64,000 nucleotides of DNA, taken from contig OZ252287.1 in NCBI GenBank assembly GCA_965250085.1, forward strand, positions 832,001 through 896,000, written 5' to 3'. Positions 47,966-57,972 of the stretch are shown in pieces. Below the pieces are notes generated by a model. That model made no database searches, was not told the origin of the DNA, and was given only the letters and a program-made list of their open reading frames with translations. The stretch is from Candidatus Altimarinota bacterium. GTDB lineage: Bacteria; Patescibacteriota; Gracilibacteria; CAIRYL01. Both the position numbers and the translations under genes were made by a program. Position 1 is the stretch's first letter, and every line of letters starts with the position of its first letter.

Positions 47966-48534
47966 CACGAAAACATATCACTCTCTGTCTTTTTTCTTTT
48001 TTTGGAATTAGCATTCTGCTTTTTTTCGGTACTTCTGGTTTTGCAGCAAATATCGGGGAAATTGTTGAAAGTGGAAGCGGCATATCTGTTCTGCCCGAAG
48101 ATCTCCCCGCGCCTGAAATTCCCGGCTCAACTGGTGAAGAAAAAATCGATCGCGCTGTACTCATGCTGATAAATGTCATTCTGTATATCTGTGGAACGGC
48201 CGCAGGGATTATGATTCTTGTAGGTGGCATCCGATACGTGCTTTCTCTGGGGAATGACGACGCTTTGCAGGCTGCAAAAAAAACAATCCTCTGGGCCATG
48301 GGAGGACTTATAATGGTGATTCTGGCATGGATGGTGATCCTGAATGTCGTCAGAGTCGGATCACTTGAGCAACGCCTTGATAGTAGTGAAAATCCTATCG
48401 GAGATCAATGTGGCCCCAATCTTACTATAGGGTGCAAAGGGAGATGTTGTGGCTGTGGAGGTCCTCTTGATTGTGATGAAGAACTCACTTGTGGAGGACC
48501 GCTTGATGTCAGCGGTATTAAAGTGTGTCAGTGA
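47962..48534 (+). CDS. VirB2/TrbC-like pilin 5 with Cys-rich C-terminal tail
   Basis: GG.RY..S.GND....AKKTI.WA..GL; tail with CGGPLD twice; ATGA overlap. Confidence 0.8.
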   Translation: MTRKHITLCLFSFFGISILLFFGTSGFAANIGEIVESGSGISVLPEDLPAPEIPGSTGEEKIDRAVLMLINVILYICGTAAGIMILVGGIRYVLSLGNDDALQAAKKTILWAMGGLIMVILAWMVILNVVRVGSLEQRLDSSENPIGDQCGPNLTIGCKGRCCGCGGPLDCDEELTCGGPLDVSGIKVCQ

Positions 48535-48610
48535 AATTGAACAAAAAACTCCTTCCTTGCTCCCTTCTCCTTGCCCCTTGTATACTGCAGGAGCTTTTGA
48601 GGTGAGATAT

Positions 48611-48976
48611 ATGCCAGAAAAATTTGATTCACATGTAGAAGTCATCGCAGAGGATGAGATAGAAGTTCTCGATGCTTCTGGCGACTCTCCAGAAGAAATC
48701 GTTCGCATTTCTGCTGACGAAGAAACTTCTGACACGAATGTCGATCCCCTGCGGAAGCTTCTCGAACATGCTAATGAGTTTCGGAAGATTAAATTTTTCG
48801 GACCATTGGCGCTTCTTCTCAGTATTGTGGGAATTCTTCTCTATCCACTCTATCTTTCTTCTGCTGCTATCTGTTTCGCACTTCTTGATCTCTGGAAAGG
48901 CAGCAAATTTACACACAAGATTTCATATGTAGCTCTTGTTTTAGGAATTCTTTCTCTTCTGAATACTTGGACATAA
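48611..48976 (+). CDS. Small membrane protein with an acidic N-terminus
   Basis: ATG 48611 with TATACT upstream; C-terminal hydrophobic segments. Confidence 0.65.
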   Translation: MPEKFDSHVEVIAEDEIEVLDASGDSPEEIVRISADEETSDTNVDPLRKLLEHANEFRKIKFFGPLALLLSIVGILLYPLYLSSAAICFALLDLWKGSKFTHKISYVALVLGILSLLNTWT

Positions 48977-48980
48977 ACAT

Positions 48981-51026
48981 ATGAAAAAAATATTTAACAC
49001 TTTTGTAGAGCAAGATCCTTCTGAAAAAAATAATATCGTTATTCTGCCCGACGCAACTGAGAGCAGAAAAGCTCCCGCATTTGAAAAATCAAAAAATTCG
49101 CACCTGGATGATCCGTTCACGCCTTATTCTCAAAAATCAAAACCCTTAAAAGATAAAGGGAAGATGGTATTTCTTGGAAGTATTTTTTTGACATTTCTTT
49201 TTGGAATGAGCATGATTCAAAATGTTCGCTCTATAGAACACGATGTTTTTCAAAAAGAAAAAGATGCTCTTTTGCAAAGTATTACTGAAACCCAGAAAGG
49301 TATTCAGGAGCAAGAAGTGTATGCTGTTCGCAAGGGATTTGATGCTCTGCAAGAACAATTTGAGAGTATTCAAATGCTTCTAGAGCCACGTTTATCTTTG
49401 GAGTCAGAAGGCGTAGTGACCGGATTTCAAAGTGCCCACTATTTTCTTGATCTCGGAACGCTTTTGGCACAAATAGGTGATGAGCTTTTGGTATTACAGG
49501 GAAAAAAATCCCAAATACACAAATCCCTGTTTTTGGATTCTCCGAACTACCTCTCTGTTTTTGAGGAACTTTCTCCTCATGTAATACTCATAGCCGAGAG
49601 AACTCAGCAAATCGCTGATCTTTTGCAAAAACTTCAATCGAATCTACTATCAGATACAGTTCTAGAAGAAATCCAAGAGATTCAGAATCTTGTTGGACAA
49701 GCAAATACTCTTCTTTCGAAGTGGATTTCATTTTTTCCCGCTATAGAAACAATATTGGGCAAAGAGTATCCTCATACGATCTTTGTTCTCTTGCAAAATA
49801 AAAATGAACTCAGGGCGACTGGAGGCTTTATGGGGAGTATTCTCGAAGTTACGTTGGATCAAGGAATTATTACCCAGCAAGATCTTACTGATATTTTTCA
49901 CTATAGTGGTCAATTTTCTGAAGATATTCCGGCACCAAAACAATTCTCTCATTTGACCGGTGGATTTTTTCCACATGATGGAAATATTTATCCGGATTTT
50001 TCACGGTCTGCAGAGCAAGTCCAGTGGCTTTTAGAACATGCTACTGCAGACACTCCTGATACTATTATTGCTATTCATCAGGGCATTTTGGAAGACGTGT
50101 TGAAAATCACAGGCCCTCTTACTCTCCCTGACGGAAATGGTTTGGAACTCACTGCCGAAAATGCTTCTTTTTTACTTTCATACGTTGTCGAGGCCAAAAT
50201 ATTTGGAGCCGGAGGGCCAGAGTCACCAAAAGGAGTATTAGAGACTCTCTTACCCCTGATCAGAGAAAAAATATCTGATACAGATATCGCTGCATTTATT
50301 CCTCTGGGAGAAAAATGGATTCAGCAGAAATATATACAGGCTTTTTCTCGTGATCAGGATATTCAAAAGCTCTGGAGTCATTTACAAGCAGAAGGAGCAT
50401 TTCTTCCTGAGCAAAGTAAAAAAATTGATTTTCTGGGCATCACTCAAGAAAATGTAGGGGGAAATAAAAGCGATGCATTTCTGACGCAACATATCGATCA
50501 AAAGAGTTTTCTGAATCTCAGCGGAGAGATGTTTCACACTATTCACATTCAAAGAGATCATTCTTGGGGGAAAAAAGAGAACGAGCAATTTGAATCTTTA
50601 CACAAGATATTTGGGGCTTCATATCTAGAACGAGAGCAATTGAGGGATATTATGGGGGCGGGAATCAATCGTATGTTTACAACCGTGTATCTTCCAAAAG
50701 GATCACGACTCTTGAGCACGAGTGCAAATATTCCTCTTGAGAAAGTAGTGCACACAGAAGAAAATGAAGCGACTTTATTTCAATTCTTTTTTCCTCCTGT
50801 GGGTCCTGGCCAAAGCGAAGAAGTAGAGCTTTTTGTCGCTTCTCCTTATGAACTCGATACAGAAAATGGAGATGTCCTTCCATTTTCTGCCCTTCTGCAA
50901 GCTGGCTCCGGCACTCAGTATTTTACCAAAAAATTTCTTACGGAATCTGGAATAGAAATTGAAGGACAAGAATTTGAAAAAGCGTTATTCGTTACTGATT
51001 TGCACTCTGTATATTTGATTCAATAG
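48981..51026 (+). CDS. DUF4012-like membrane-anchored protein
   Basis: LLQN.NELRATGGF.GS, D.N..PDF, N.GGNKSD. Confidence 0.8.
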   Translation: MKKIFNTFVEQDPSEKNNIVILPDATESRKAPAFEKSKNSHLDDPFTPYSQKSKPLKDKGKMVFLGSIFLTFLFGMSMIQNVRSIEHDVFQKEKDALLQSITETQKGIQEQEVYAVRKGFDALQEQFESIQMLLEPRLSLESEGVVTGFQSAHYFLDLGTLLAQIGDELLVLQGKKSQIHKSLFLDSPNYLSVFEELSPHVILIAERTQQIADLLQKLQSNLLSDTVLEEIQEIQNLVGQANTLLSKWISFFPAIETILGKEYPHTIFVLLQNKNELRATGGFMGSILEVTLDQGIITQQDLTDIFHYSGQFSEDIPAPKQFSHLTGGFFPHDGNIYPDFSRSAEQVQWLLEHATADTPDTIIAIHQGILEDVLKITGPLTLPDGNGLELTAENASFLLSYVVEAKIFGAGGPESPKGVLETLLPLIREKISDTDIAAFIPLGEKWIQQKYIQAFSRDQDIQKLWSHLQAEGAFLPEQSKKIDFLGITQENVGGNKSDAFLTQHIDQKSFLNLSGEMFHTIHIQRDHSWGKKENEQFESLHKIFGASYLEREQLRDIMGAGINRMFTTVYLPKGSRLLSTSANIPLEKVVHTEENEATLFQFFFPPVGPGQSEEVELFVASPYELDTENGDVLPFSALLQAGSGTQYFTKKFLTESGIEIEGQEFEKALFVTDLHSVYLIQ

Positions 51027-51035
51027 CTCCAGTTT

Positions 51036-51893
51036 CTATCGTGGTGAACGTTCTGGAGAAAGGATGACAAACGCATCATTCCCAACTGGTCGATTCGCGC
51101 TTAAAAATCTCTCCCATTCATACGGATATTGTTCTCCTCGTTTAGTTCCCACATCGTTCGTGATGACCACATCTTCTGAATATCCAATCACTGTGAGCAT
51201 GTGGTATCCAGGATGCGGGTAAAATGGATTTTTGAGAAGTTCTCCTTTTATGGGAACTATAATTGGATATCCCGTATGTATTACCTTTTGAATGATCTTT
51301 TTATTCAAATCAAACAGGTGAACCACTTGCTCACTTGAGAGATCATAATACCCCTCAATAAATCGCTTCATGTCTTTTCCATACAGATCTTTGTGCTCAC
51401 CAAAATTTTCTTTTTCCTCTTGCCAATTGATCATGTCACGAAAGATCTGATCTGCTTGCTCAGCTGTAACAGTTTCTCCAGAAAGAAAAAGATATGATTG
51501 TAAAAGCGCTGCTTCTTCACAGCTTTCGTCATGAAAATCCCAGCCTCCTTCGTTTCGAAACGGATTTTGACAAATATAGGGAACATCTAAGAGTTTTTCA
51601 GAAGGGATTTTACGTATGTCAACATTCTGGATCTTCTCTTCAAAAGAAACTGTTTTTTCTTGGGAATCTGCACTTCGTTGCTCTTGTAAAGTTGTTTCAA
51701 AATTCACTGCAGAAGAATCAAGAAGTTCTTGTCGATGCTTTTGCACCCGCTGTGTTTCTTGCCACACATAGAGCTTAGATAAAACCTTGGGGCCTACGAG
51801 TATTCCGAAGATGAGAAGACCAAGGATTATCCAGTAATACACTCGTCGGCTCCTTCGCTTCTCATGCAATGATGAAAAAGAAGTGTGATTCAT
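51036..51893 (-). CDS. C39-like peptidase family protein, membrane-anchored
   Basis: VPY..Q.P, CEEA, L.NP, YHML.VIGY, TND.GT..G. Confidence 0.78.
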   Translation of the reverse strand: MNHTSFSSLHEKRRSRRVYYWIILGLLIFGILVGPKVLSKLYVWQETQRVQKHRQELLDSSAVNFETTLQEQRSADSQEKTVSFEEKIQNVDIRKIPSEKLLDVPYICQNPFRNEGGWDFHDESCEEAALLQSYLFLSGETVTAEQADQIFRDMINWQEEKENFGEHKDLYGKDMKRFIEGYYDLSSEQVVHLFDLNKKIIQKVIHTGYPIIVPIKGELLKNPFYPHPGYHMLTVIGYSEDVVITNDVGTKRGEQYPYEWERFLSANRPVGNDAFVILSPERSPR

Positions 51894-51929
51894 GGCGGAA
51901 GAGTATTATTTTTTATAAAAATTAAGATC

Positions 51930-53471
51930 TTAATGTTTTTTTTCACTCCAAAAGGGAAGATGATGTATTTCTTCACATCTCCAAAGATATGCTCCTCCCA
52001 AAAACAGAAGAGCCCCTGTAAACGCTGGTAAAAAAATACGAAGCATGAAATGCATGTCTTGAACTCCCATTTGAACAGTTAAAACTCCCAATATCATTCC
52101 CAATGTTAAAATACATGTTTTGGAAAACCGCTTCCAGAAATGCTTCCAGGGAAACGGGCCTGAAAGCTGTGGAAGAAATATAAAAAGAAATATTGTCTGC
52201 ACAACAAAGGCAATAGTGTAGGCAATCCCAAATGAAGCGACTCCCCACGAAGAAGATTGTATCAACATCACAGAACTCGCAATAAGCAATATGAGAAAAA
52301 GAATTCGCGAAATCATCGGATACAGAGTATCTCCGAGAACATGAAACCCTCGAACGAGCAAGTGATTAATGCTTTCAAATGGAATTGAGAGTGCGAGGGG
52401 AATGAGCACTGCGATCGTTAGATCAGATCGTTCCTGTAGTCCGTACACCAGTCGTACAATCGCGGGGGCCAAGAGCACCATGCCTGCTGCTGCGGGCAAA
52501 GCCAAAAATAAAATCTGACGTGTGGATTTTTCAAGTCTTCTCACAAATTTTGCTGTATTTTTTTCTGCAATAAAATCAGAAAGGAAGGGGAAAACAGCCG
52601 TGGCTAAAGAAATTCCAAAGAGAGATACGGCAAAGCTTTGCAAATTACGTGCGTACTGGAATGCAGAGTAATTTCCTGCTCCCAAAATTCCATCTCCTAA
52701 GCGAGCAAATACATAGAATCCTATTTGGAGAGAAACCAGTGCAATGACCTTGGGCCACATATTCCAAAAGAGTTCTCGAAAATATTGATTGTGGATATCA
52801 AAGGAAAATTGAAACCGATGTGACGATGCATAAAAATCAAATATCCGAAGCAAAAGATGGAAGAGCGCTCCAAAAAGTGCTCCCCATGCAGCTGCAAAAA
52901 CTCCTATTTCTTTTCCAAAAAATACGATAAATAAAATAATGCCAATATTGTACAAAAGGGGTGCGAGTGAGTATGAAAGAAATCGTTTATGAGAAAGGAG
53001 AAAGCTTCCTATAAAATTTGAAAATGCAAAGAGAAGATTAGACCCCAGTAAAATACGACTCAGAGAAAGAAGGATCTCTCTCTGATCGAGTGGTGTTTCT
53101 GGAAAGAGTATGGTCAGAAGTGATGGCAACAGAACAAACAGTATGCCAGATGCTATGAGATACAATGTATTGAGCACCGTAAAAAATGTGCCAAAAGCTC
53201 TTTCTCCTTCTTCTTGAGATACCTTTTGTGCCTTGGTGTACAGCGGAATAACAAGGCTGAGCAAAGCTCCTGTTATAAAAATAGTCAGAAGAGTGTCCGG
53301 CAACAAAAATGCTTTGAAATATGAGTCTGTAAACGCAGTGGTGCCAAAACTCCGTACAAAAATAGCATCTCTCAGCCACCCCAAAAGATAACTTCCCGTA
53401 GAAGCAATAGCCAAAACGAGAGCCCCCGCTCCTGCGCCAAGAGGCCCAAAAAGTTTTTTTCGAACAGACAC
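51930..53471 (-). CDS. murJ: Lipid II flippase MurJ/MviN
   Basis: LG..RD....FG, AF.LPD, P..YN.GII, A..L......FG..LATA.FP; start placed at GTG 53471. Confidence 0.9.
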   Translation of the reverse strand: MSVRKKLFGPLGAGAGALVLAIASTGSYLLGWLRDAIFVRSFGTTAFTDSYFKAFLLPDTLLTIFITGALLSLVIPLYTKAQKVSQEEGERAFGTFFTVLNTLYLIASGILFVLLPSLLTILFPETPLDQREILLSLSRILLGSNLLFAFSNFIGSFLLSHKRFLSYSLAPLLYNIGIILFIVFFGKEIGVFAAAWGALFGALFHLLLRIFDFYASSHRFQFSFDIHNQYFRELFWNMWPKVIALVSLQIGFYVFARLGDGILGAGNYSAFQYARNLQSFAVSLFGISLATAVFPFLSDFIAEKNTAKFVRRLEKSTRQILFLALPAAAGMVLLAPAIVRLVYGLQERSDLTIAVLIPLALSIPFESINHLLVRGFHVLGDTLYPMISRILFLILLIASSVMLIQSSSWGVASFGIAYTIAFVVQTIFLFIFLPQLSGPFPWKHFWKRFSKTCILTLGMILGVLTVQMGVQDMHFMLRIFLPAFTGALLFLGGAYLWRCEEIHHLPFWSEKKH

Positions 53472-53560
53472 GTGTTGCACAAAAAAATCTTCAAAAGAGT
53501 ACTGCTGAAGTGGAAAGGAAAACAAGCTGAGTTGAAGCGATTCTCCCAAAAATAGCTTCA

Positions 53561-53590
53561 AAAACCCTATCGTTCCAGGGGGCTTTTTTT
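53561..53590. terminator. Hairpin with A and T tails (terminator-like)
   Basis: aaaaccct atcgttcc aggggg cttttttt. Confidence 0.4.
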
Positions 53591-53681
53591 GCAAAGCGGA
53601 GGAACAAGAGGATTCAAGAGGCCTTTATATCTGTTTTGTTAGGCGAGAAAGCCCATAAGAAATATTTTTATATTTCATTAC

Positions 53682-53710
53682 ATTTTACCAAATATTTCTT
53701 TATTTTGCAA
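53682..53710 (-). promoter_or_regulatory. sigma70 promoter upstream of the murJ leader
   Basis: TTGCAA-N17-TAAAAT with extended TG on the minus strand. Confidence 0.6.
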
Positions 53711-53862
53711 TGTTTTTTTCTTGTAAAAAACGTCAGGCATCTCTGGATGCCAGAGCGCTTTTTTTATGTATAAATATTTTTCATAGAGAGATCGTTTTTC
53801 CCAAATTCAAAAGAAGCCCTCATCACATTGAGAAGACTTCTTTGTGCTTCAGGAATACAAAA

Positions 53863-54192
53863 CTATACTTCTTCTCCTTCGGCAGAAGGTGCATTTTCCA
53901 TTACAGATGCAATTCCATTTTCACAGGCATCATCAGAGCTATACATTTCGCTTGTGCCAATGATTTGACCATTGCCTGCTTTAAGGACAAAGTAGGGAGA
54001 ATCGTCACTGGCCGTTCTTTTTTCAAAATTATCTTTGTTTTGAGAATTTTCTCGAACAGATGAGATACCATTCTCACATCCATCTTTGCTTTCGTATCCC
54101 TCACTCGCGAGAATTTTTTCACCATTGCCTGCTTTGAGACAAAAATAATAGTCACCATTTGATCCGGTGGAGATTTCAAATTTTCCTGCCAT
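53863..54192 (-). CDS. yegP: YegP/DUF1508 family protein
   Basis: Two F.LKAGNG..I..SE.Y....CENGI.SV..N repeats. Confidence 0.93.
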   Translation of the reverse strand: MAGKFEISTGSNGDYYFCLKAGNGEKILASEGYESKDGCENGISSVRENSQNKDNFEKRTASDDSPYFVLKAGNGQIIGTSEMYSSDDACENGIASVMENAPSAEGEEV

Positions 54193-54310
54193 AAAAAGTG
54201 CATAAAAGAATAAAGGACACTTATTATGAAGAAATTTTTAAAAAACTCAAGGTTTTGGCAAGTATTCTTCATGAAAGAATGCATACTAGACTGCTTTTTT
54301 GTATGAAATA

Positions 54311-55318
54311 TATACTAAGCCCCAGTTTATCCGACACATTTATAGAATGGATAAACTAAAGCTATGAATACATACCTTAGTGAACGACAAATCATCCAAC
54401 ATCGGCAGAGGGTATTGAAGGATACAAAGAAGTATGGAGCGACAAAAGCAGCGAGAATATATGGGATACATAGGTCAACCATCTATGAATGGAAGAATAA
54501 TATTGTGCCGCAAAAGAAAGGTCCTCAAGAGAAGGTACCATGGCAGACATCTCAGGAGATGGAAGAAAAGATTATCAAGATGAAGAAAGGGACCAACTAT
54601 GGACCAAAACGAATTAAACAGGAATTGAAGATCATTGGAATTGAACTGGGAGAGAAGGCAATACGAGGAGTTTTAGAAAGAAATGGATTGGTAAAGAAGC
54701 AAAAGAAGAAGAGACAAAAGAAACAGAAGAAATTCTACGCTCCGTATCCTGGATATAGAATCCAAGTAGACACCAAAGTAGTACCAGATGAAGGAATAGA
54801 TCTTCGATCAGGAAAAAGGTATCAATTCACTGCCATAGATACAGCGAGCAAGATACGACTCCTTATGATTTATGAAGAACTTTCTAACTTCACCACCATA
54901 GACTTCCTCAAGAGAGTTATTGAGTTTTATACAGAGATAGGAATCTCTATAGAAACTATTCAGACAGACAATCACATTCCCTTCACCAATCTTTACGCTG
55001 GAGGAAACAAGAAGAAAGATCATCAACTCCTGAGAGTTCATCCATTTACTCAATACTGTCTCAACAAGAACATAGAACATCTTCTCTCTAGACCAGGCAC
55101 TCCTCAGGATAATTGCTTCGTAGAAAGATCTCATCGTACTGACGGTGAAGAATTCTATTCCTTCCTTAATCTCTCTCAAATGAATATTCAACAACTTCAA
55201 CAAGCTATCCAAGACTGGACCTTTACCTATAACTTCCTCAGACTTCACTCTTCCTGCAACTATCAACCTCCTTTTAAATATCTTAACTCAACTGTCTGGA
55301 CTACTGGGGCTTAGTACA
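54311..55318 (+). mobile_element. IS481-family insertion sequence, 1008 bp, 15-bp direct repeats
   Basis: IRL TATACTAAGCCCCAGT and IRR ACTGGGGCTTAGTACA; TTTTTGTATGAAATA at 54296-54310 and 55319-55333. Confidence 0.9.
54364..55314 (+). CDS. IS481-family DDE transposase
   Basis: HTH AARIYGIHRSTIY.W; IQVDTK, IQTDN, PQDN..VERSHRT, YN..R.HS; stop codon lies inside IRR. Confidence 0.93.
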   Translation: MNTYLSERQIIQHRQRVLKDTKKYGATKAARIYGIHRSTIYEWKNNIVPQKKGPQEKVPWQTSQEMEEKIIKMKKGTNYGPKRIKQELKIIGIELGEKAIRGVLERNGLVKKQKKKRQKKQKKFYAPYPGYRIQVDTKVVPDEGIDLRSGKRYQFTAIDTASKIRLLMIYEELSNFTTIDFLKRVIEFYTEIGISIETIQTDNHIPFTNLYAGGNKKKDHQLLRVHPFTQYCLNKNIEHLLSRPGTPQDNCFVERSHRTDGEEFYSFLNLSQMNIQQLQQAIQDWTFTYNFLRLHSSCNYQPPFKYLNSTVWTTGA

Positions 55319-55453
55319 TTTTTGTATGAAATACACGAGATGTTTCTGAGCAATACTATCGCCTTGTAATGTCAATACAAAACAATTTTGATATTTTATC
55401 TATTATGTTATATTTTACTATGAATCTTAATTTTTCCACCTTACAAAACACAC

Positions 55454-56497
55454 ATGGTCTCCCCTGAAAAAATGTCTTCTGCCAACACCGTAAACGTGGG
55501 AATAAACGGATTCGGTCGTATTGGGAAATGCTTTGTGAGAGCGCTTCACAAAGGGGGTGCTGGCGATACCTTAAAGGTGGCAGCTATCAACGATCTCGGA
55601 TCTCCTGAAGATCTTGCACATCTCCTGAGGCATGATTCAGTTCATGGAAACTTTTCTGGTGAAGTAGAGAGTGGGAAAGACTGGATACGTGTCAATGGGG
55701 TAGAAATTCCTGTCACCAACCATAAATCTCCAAAAAATTTGCCTTGGGCTGATCAAAATGTTCGCATTGCACTTGAATCGACAGGAATATTCCGCGATCA
55801 AAAAGGAATGGATTATCATTTGGACGCAGGGGCTGAGAAAGTTGTCATTTCCGCTCCAGATAAAGATGGGAGTGCTAAAATGATTGTCATGGGCGTCAAT
55901 GACGAGGAATATGATCCAGAAAAACATGATAAAATTTCAAATGCATCCTGTACCACAAATGCCATCGCTCCTATTGCAAAAGTCTTACATGAAAAATTTG
56001 GCATTGTTCGTTGTCATGCTGATACAGTTCATGCATGTACTGCTGGCCAGTTGGCTGTCGATGGTCCTCATAAAGACCCACGACAGTCAAGATCTGTCCT
56101 CGGGAATATAATTCCTACTACGACTGGGGCCGCGAAGGCAGTAGAACGCGTTTTTCCTGAACTCGCTGGTAAATTCACAGGAGATGCGGCAAGAGTCCCA
56201 GTTCCAGATGGCTCTTATGTGCTCCTTCATTGTTTCCTGGAAAAGGAAGTCACAACTGCAGAATTACGTGCGGCTCTTGCTCATGCCGCAGGAGGAGAAA
56301 TGCAGGGGATTTTAAGGCATAGTACAGATGAATTGGTTTCATCGGATGCTCTAGGCGATCCTCACTCTTCAATTATTGATGCAAAATTTACTAAAATGTT
56401 AAATCCCAACTGGGCGAAGGTTGGCGCTTTCTATGATAACGAAATGGGATATTCTCATCGCCTTGTGGACCTCATAAATATGATGGGTTCTCAGTAG
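55454..56497 (+). CDS. gap: Glyceraldehyde-3-phosphate dehydrogenase type I
   Basis: INGFGRIG, ESTG, NASCTTN, PTTTGAAKA, RVP, YDNE.GY. Confidence 0.95.
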   Translation: MVSPEKMSSANTVNVGINGFGRIGKCFVRALHKGGAGDTLKVAAINDLGSPEDLAHLLRHDSVHGNFSGEVESGKDWIRVNGVEIPVTNHKSPKNLPWADQNVRIALESTGIFRDQKGMDYHLDAGAEKVVISAPDKDGSAKMIVMGVNDEEYDPEKHDKISNASCTTNAIAPIAKVLHEKFGIVRCHADTVHACTAGQLAVDGPHKDPRQSRSVLGNIIPTTTGAAKAVERVFPELAGKFTGDAARVPVPDGSYVLLHCFLEKEVTTAELRAALAHAAGGEMQGILRHSTDELVSSDALGDPHSSIIDAKFTKMLNPNWAKVGAFYDNEMGYSHRLVDLINMMGSQ

Positions 56498-56519
56498 TCT
56501 CCTCAAAGAAAGTCGTTGC

Positions 56520-56609
<90 letters not shown>

Positions 56610-56666
56610 ATAAAAAATGAGGAAACGATGATGTAAAAACTGCAATCTTCTGAATTCACACCCTCA

Positions 56667-56705
56667 TCCGCCTTAGGCGGACTAACATATTCCGCCACTT
56701 GCCCA
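56667..56705. repeat. TCCGCC-TTA-GGCGGA palindrome plus a 17-bp copy of the tRNA-Leu 5' end
   Basis: attccgccacttgccca at 56594-56610 and 56689-56705. Confidence 0.8.
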
Positions 56706-56772
56706 CAAGGAAGGGTGCTGAGAGCTGGTGTATTGTGAATATTTCAGAAAGAAATATCAATAGTTTTCAAAA

Positions 56773-56856
56773 AATCTCCCCTAACCCCTCTTTATGAAAG
56801 AGGGGAAATACACCTTTTGCTCCTTCCTTTGTAAAAGGGAGGCTGGGAGGGATTTT
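56773..56856. repeat. Paired CCCCTCTTT..AAAGAGGGG hairpin repeat
   Basis: aaatctcccc ctaacccctctttatgaaagagggg ... ctccttcctttgtaaaagggaggctgggagggatttt. Confidence 0.78.
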
Positions 56857-56857
56857 A

Positions 56858-57877
56858 TTAGTTCTCCAAGTCTTCATTATACTCACCGATGGTGGCGACA
56901 GAATTCATTTTTGATCGATGTGCCAGTATTTTTTGAGCCTCAGTAATGTTCTTTGGATCCGCAATATCTTCTGCCCATTTATTCAGTGCCGGCACCTGAA
57001 TGCCGCGACCGTATGAGAAGCTCAATTTCCAAGGCATATCTTTATACAGTGCATTCATAGCATTGAGACGAAGAGTCGAGTCAGCACCAGATTGCCCTCC
57101 AGAGAGAAACACAATTCCAGGAAGTTCTGCTGGCACTGATTTTTTAAAACAATCTACCGTCATTTCCGCAACTGTATCGAGATCTGCTTGGTCCGCACAA
57201 TCCTTTCCTGAGAGCACCATAGATGTTTTGAGAATGGTTCCCTCTACGTCCACATTTTGACGATTGAGTTCCTCAAAGAGAATTTCAAGAGCGCGACTAC
57301 TGACTTCATAACATTTTTCAATGGTGTGATTCCCATTTAGGAGCACTTCTGGTTCCACCATGGGCACCATGCCTGCTTCCTGAGAAAGTGCTGCATTACG
57401 CGCAAGTGCATGGGCATTGGCATACATGCACGCTTCTGTAGGAATGCCATCACCAATAGTAATAACGGCCCTCCATTTGGTAAACTTGGCCCCAAGTGTT
57501 GAGTATTCTGCAAGCCTTTCTCTGAGACCATCAAGCCCCTCTGTCACCTTTTCTCCTAAGTGGAGGGCGAGATCTTTGGCCCCCATGTCAGTTTTTATCC
57601 CTGGGAGGATTCCTTTATCAGAAAGAGCTTTCGGGAATGGAATACCATCATCTGTTTTTTGACGAAGTGTTTCGTCAAAAAAAATCATTCCGCTGAGGTA
57701 TTTCTCTACCTCTGGGGCAGTCACGAGGAGCTGGCGGTATTGACGTCTGTTTTCTTCATTGCATTCCACGCCTACTCCCTCAAATCGCTTTTGACACGTG
57801 GGAGAACTTTCATCAATAGCCAAAATCCCCTTCGGGGATACTACCATTTGCTGAGCTATGTCATGCAGAACACTCAT
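56858..57877 (-). CDS. Fructose-bisphosphate aldolase class I
   Basis: KGILA.DES, GIK.D.G, KWRAV, P.VEPEV, FLSGGQ, SFSYGR; start at ATG 57877. Confidence 0.95.
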   Translation of the reverse strand: MSVLHDIAQQMVVSPKGILAIDESSPTCQKRFEGVGVECNEENRRQYRQLLVTAPEVEKYLSGMIFFDETLRQKTDDGIPFPKALSDKGILPGIKTDMGAKDLALHLGEKVTEGLDGLRERLAEYSTLGAKFTKWRAVITIGDGIPTEACMYANAHALARNAALSQEAGMVPMVEPEVLLNGNHTIEKCYEVSSRALEILFEELNRQNVDVEGTILKTSMVLSGKDCADQADLDTVAEMTVDCFKKSVPAELPGIVFLSGGQSGADSTLRLNAMNALYKDMPWKLSFSYGRGIQVPALNKWAEDIADPKNITEAQKILAHRSKMNSVATIGEYNEDLEN

Positions 57878-57972
57878 TTGTATATGGATAAAAGACTTTT
57901 GAATTTTCCCAAAAAGACCTGCACGGGGCAATGGAAATATGGGAAAATAATGACAAATACACTGATCTGTCT

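Noticed and set aside
53596-53620. gcggaggaacaagaggattc resembles a tRNA-Ser 3' end on the minus strand
   Set aside because: No T-loop consensus and no cloverleaf can be built
55454-56497. GAPDH substitutions (CTTNA, HACTAGQ) suggesting altered function
   Set aside because: Catalytic Cys and His and NAD-binding motifs are intact; the changes look like ordinary variation
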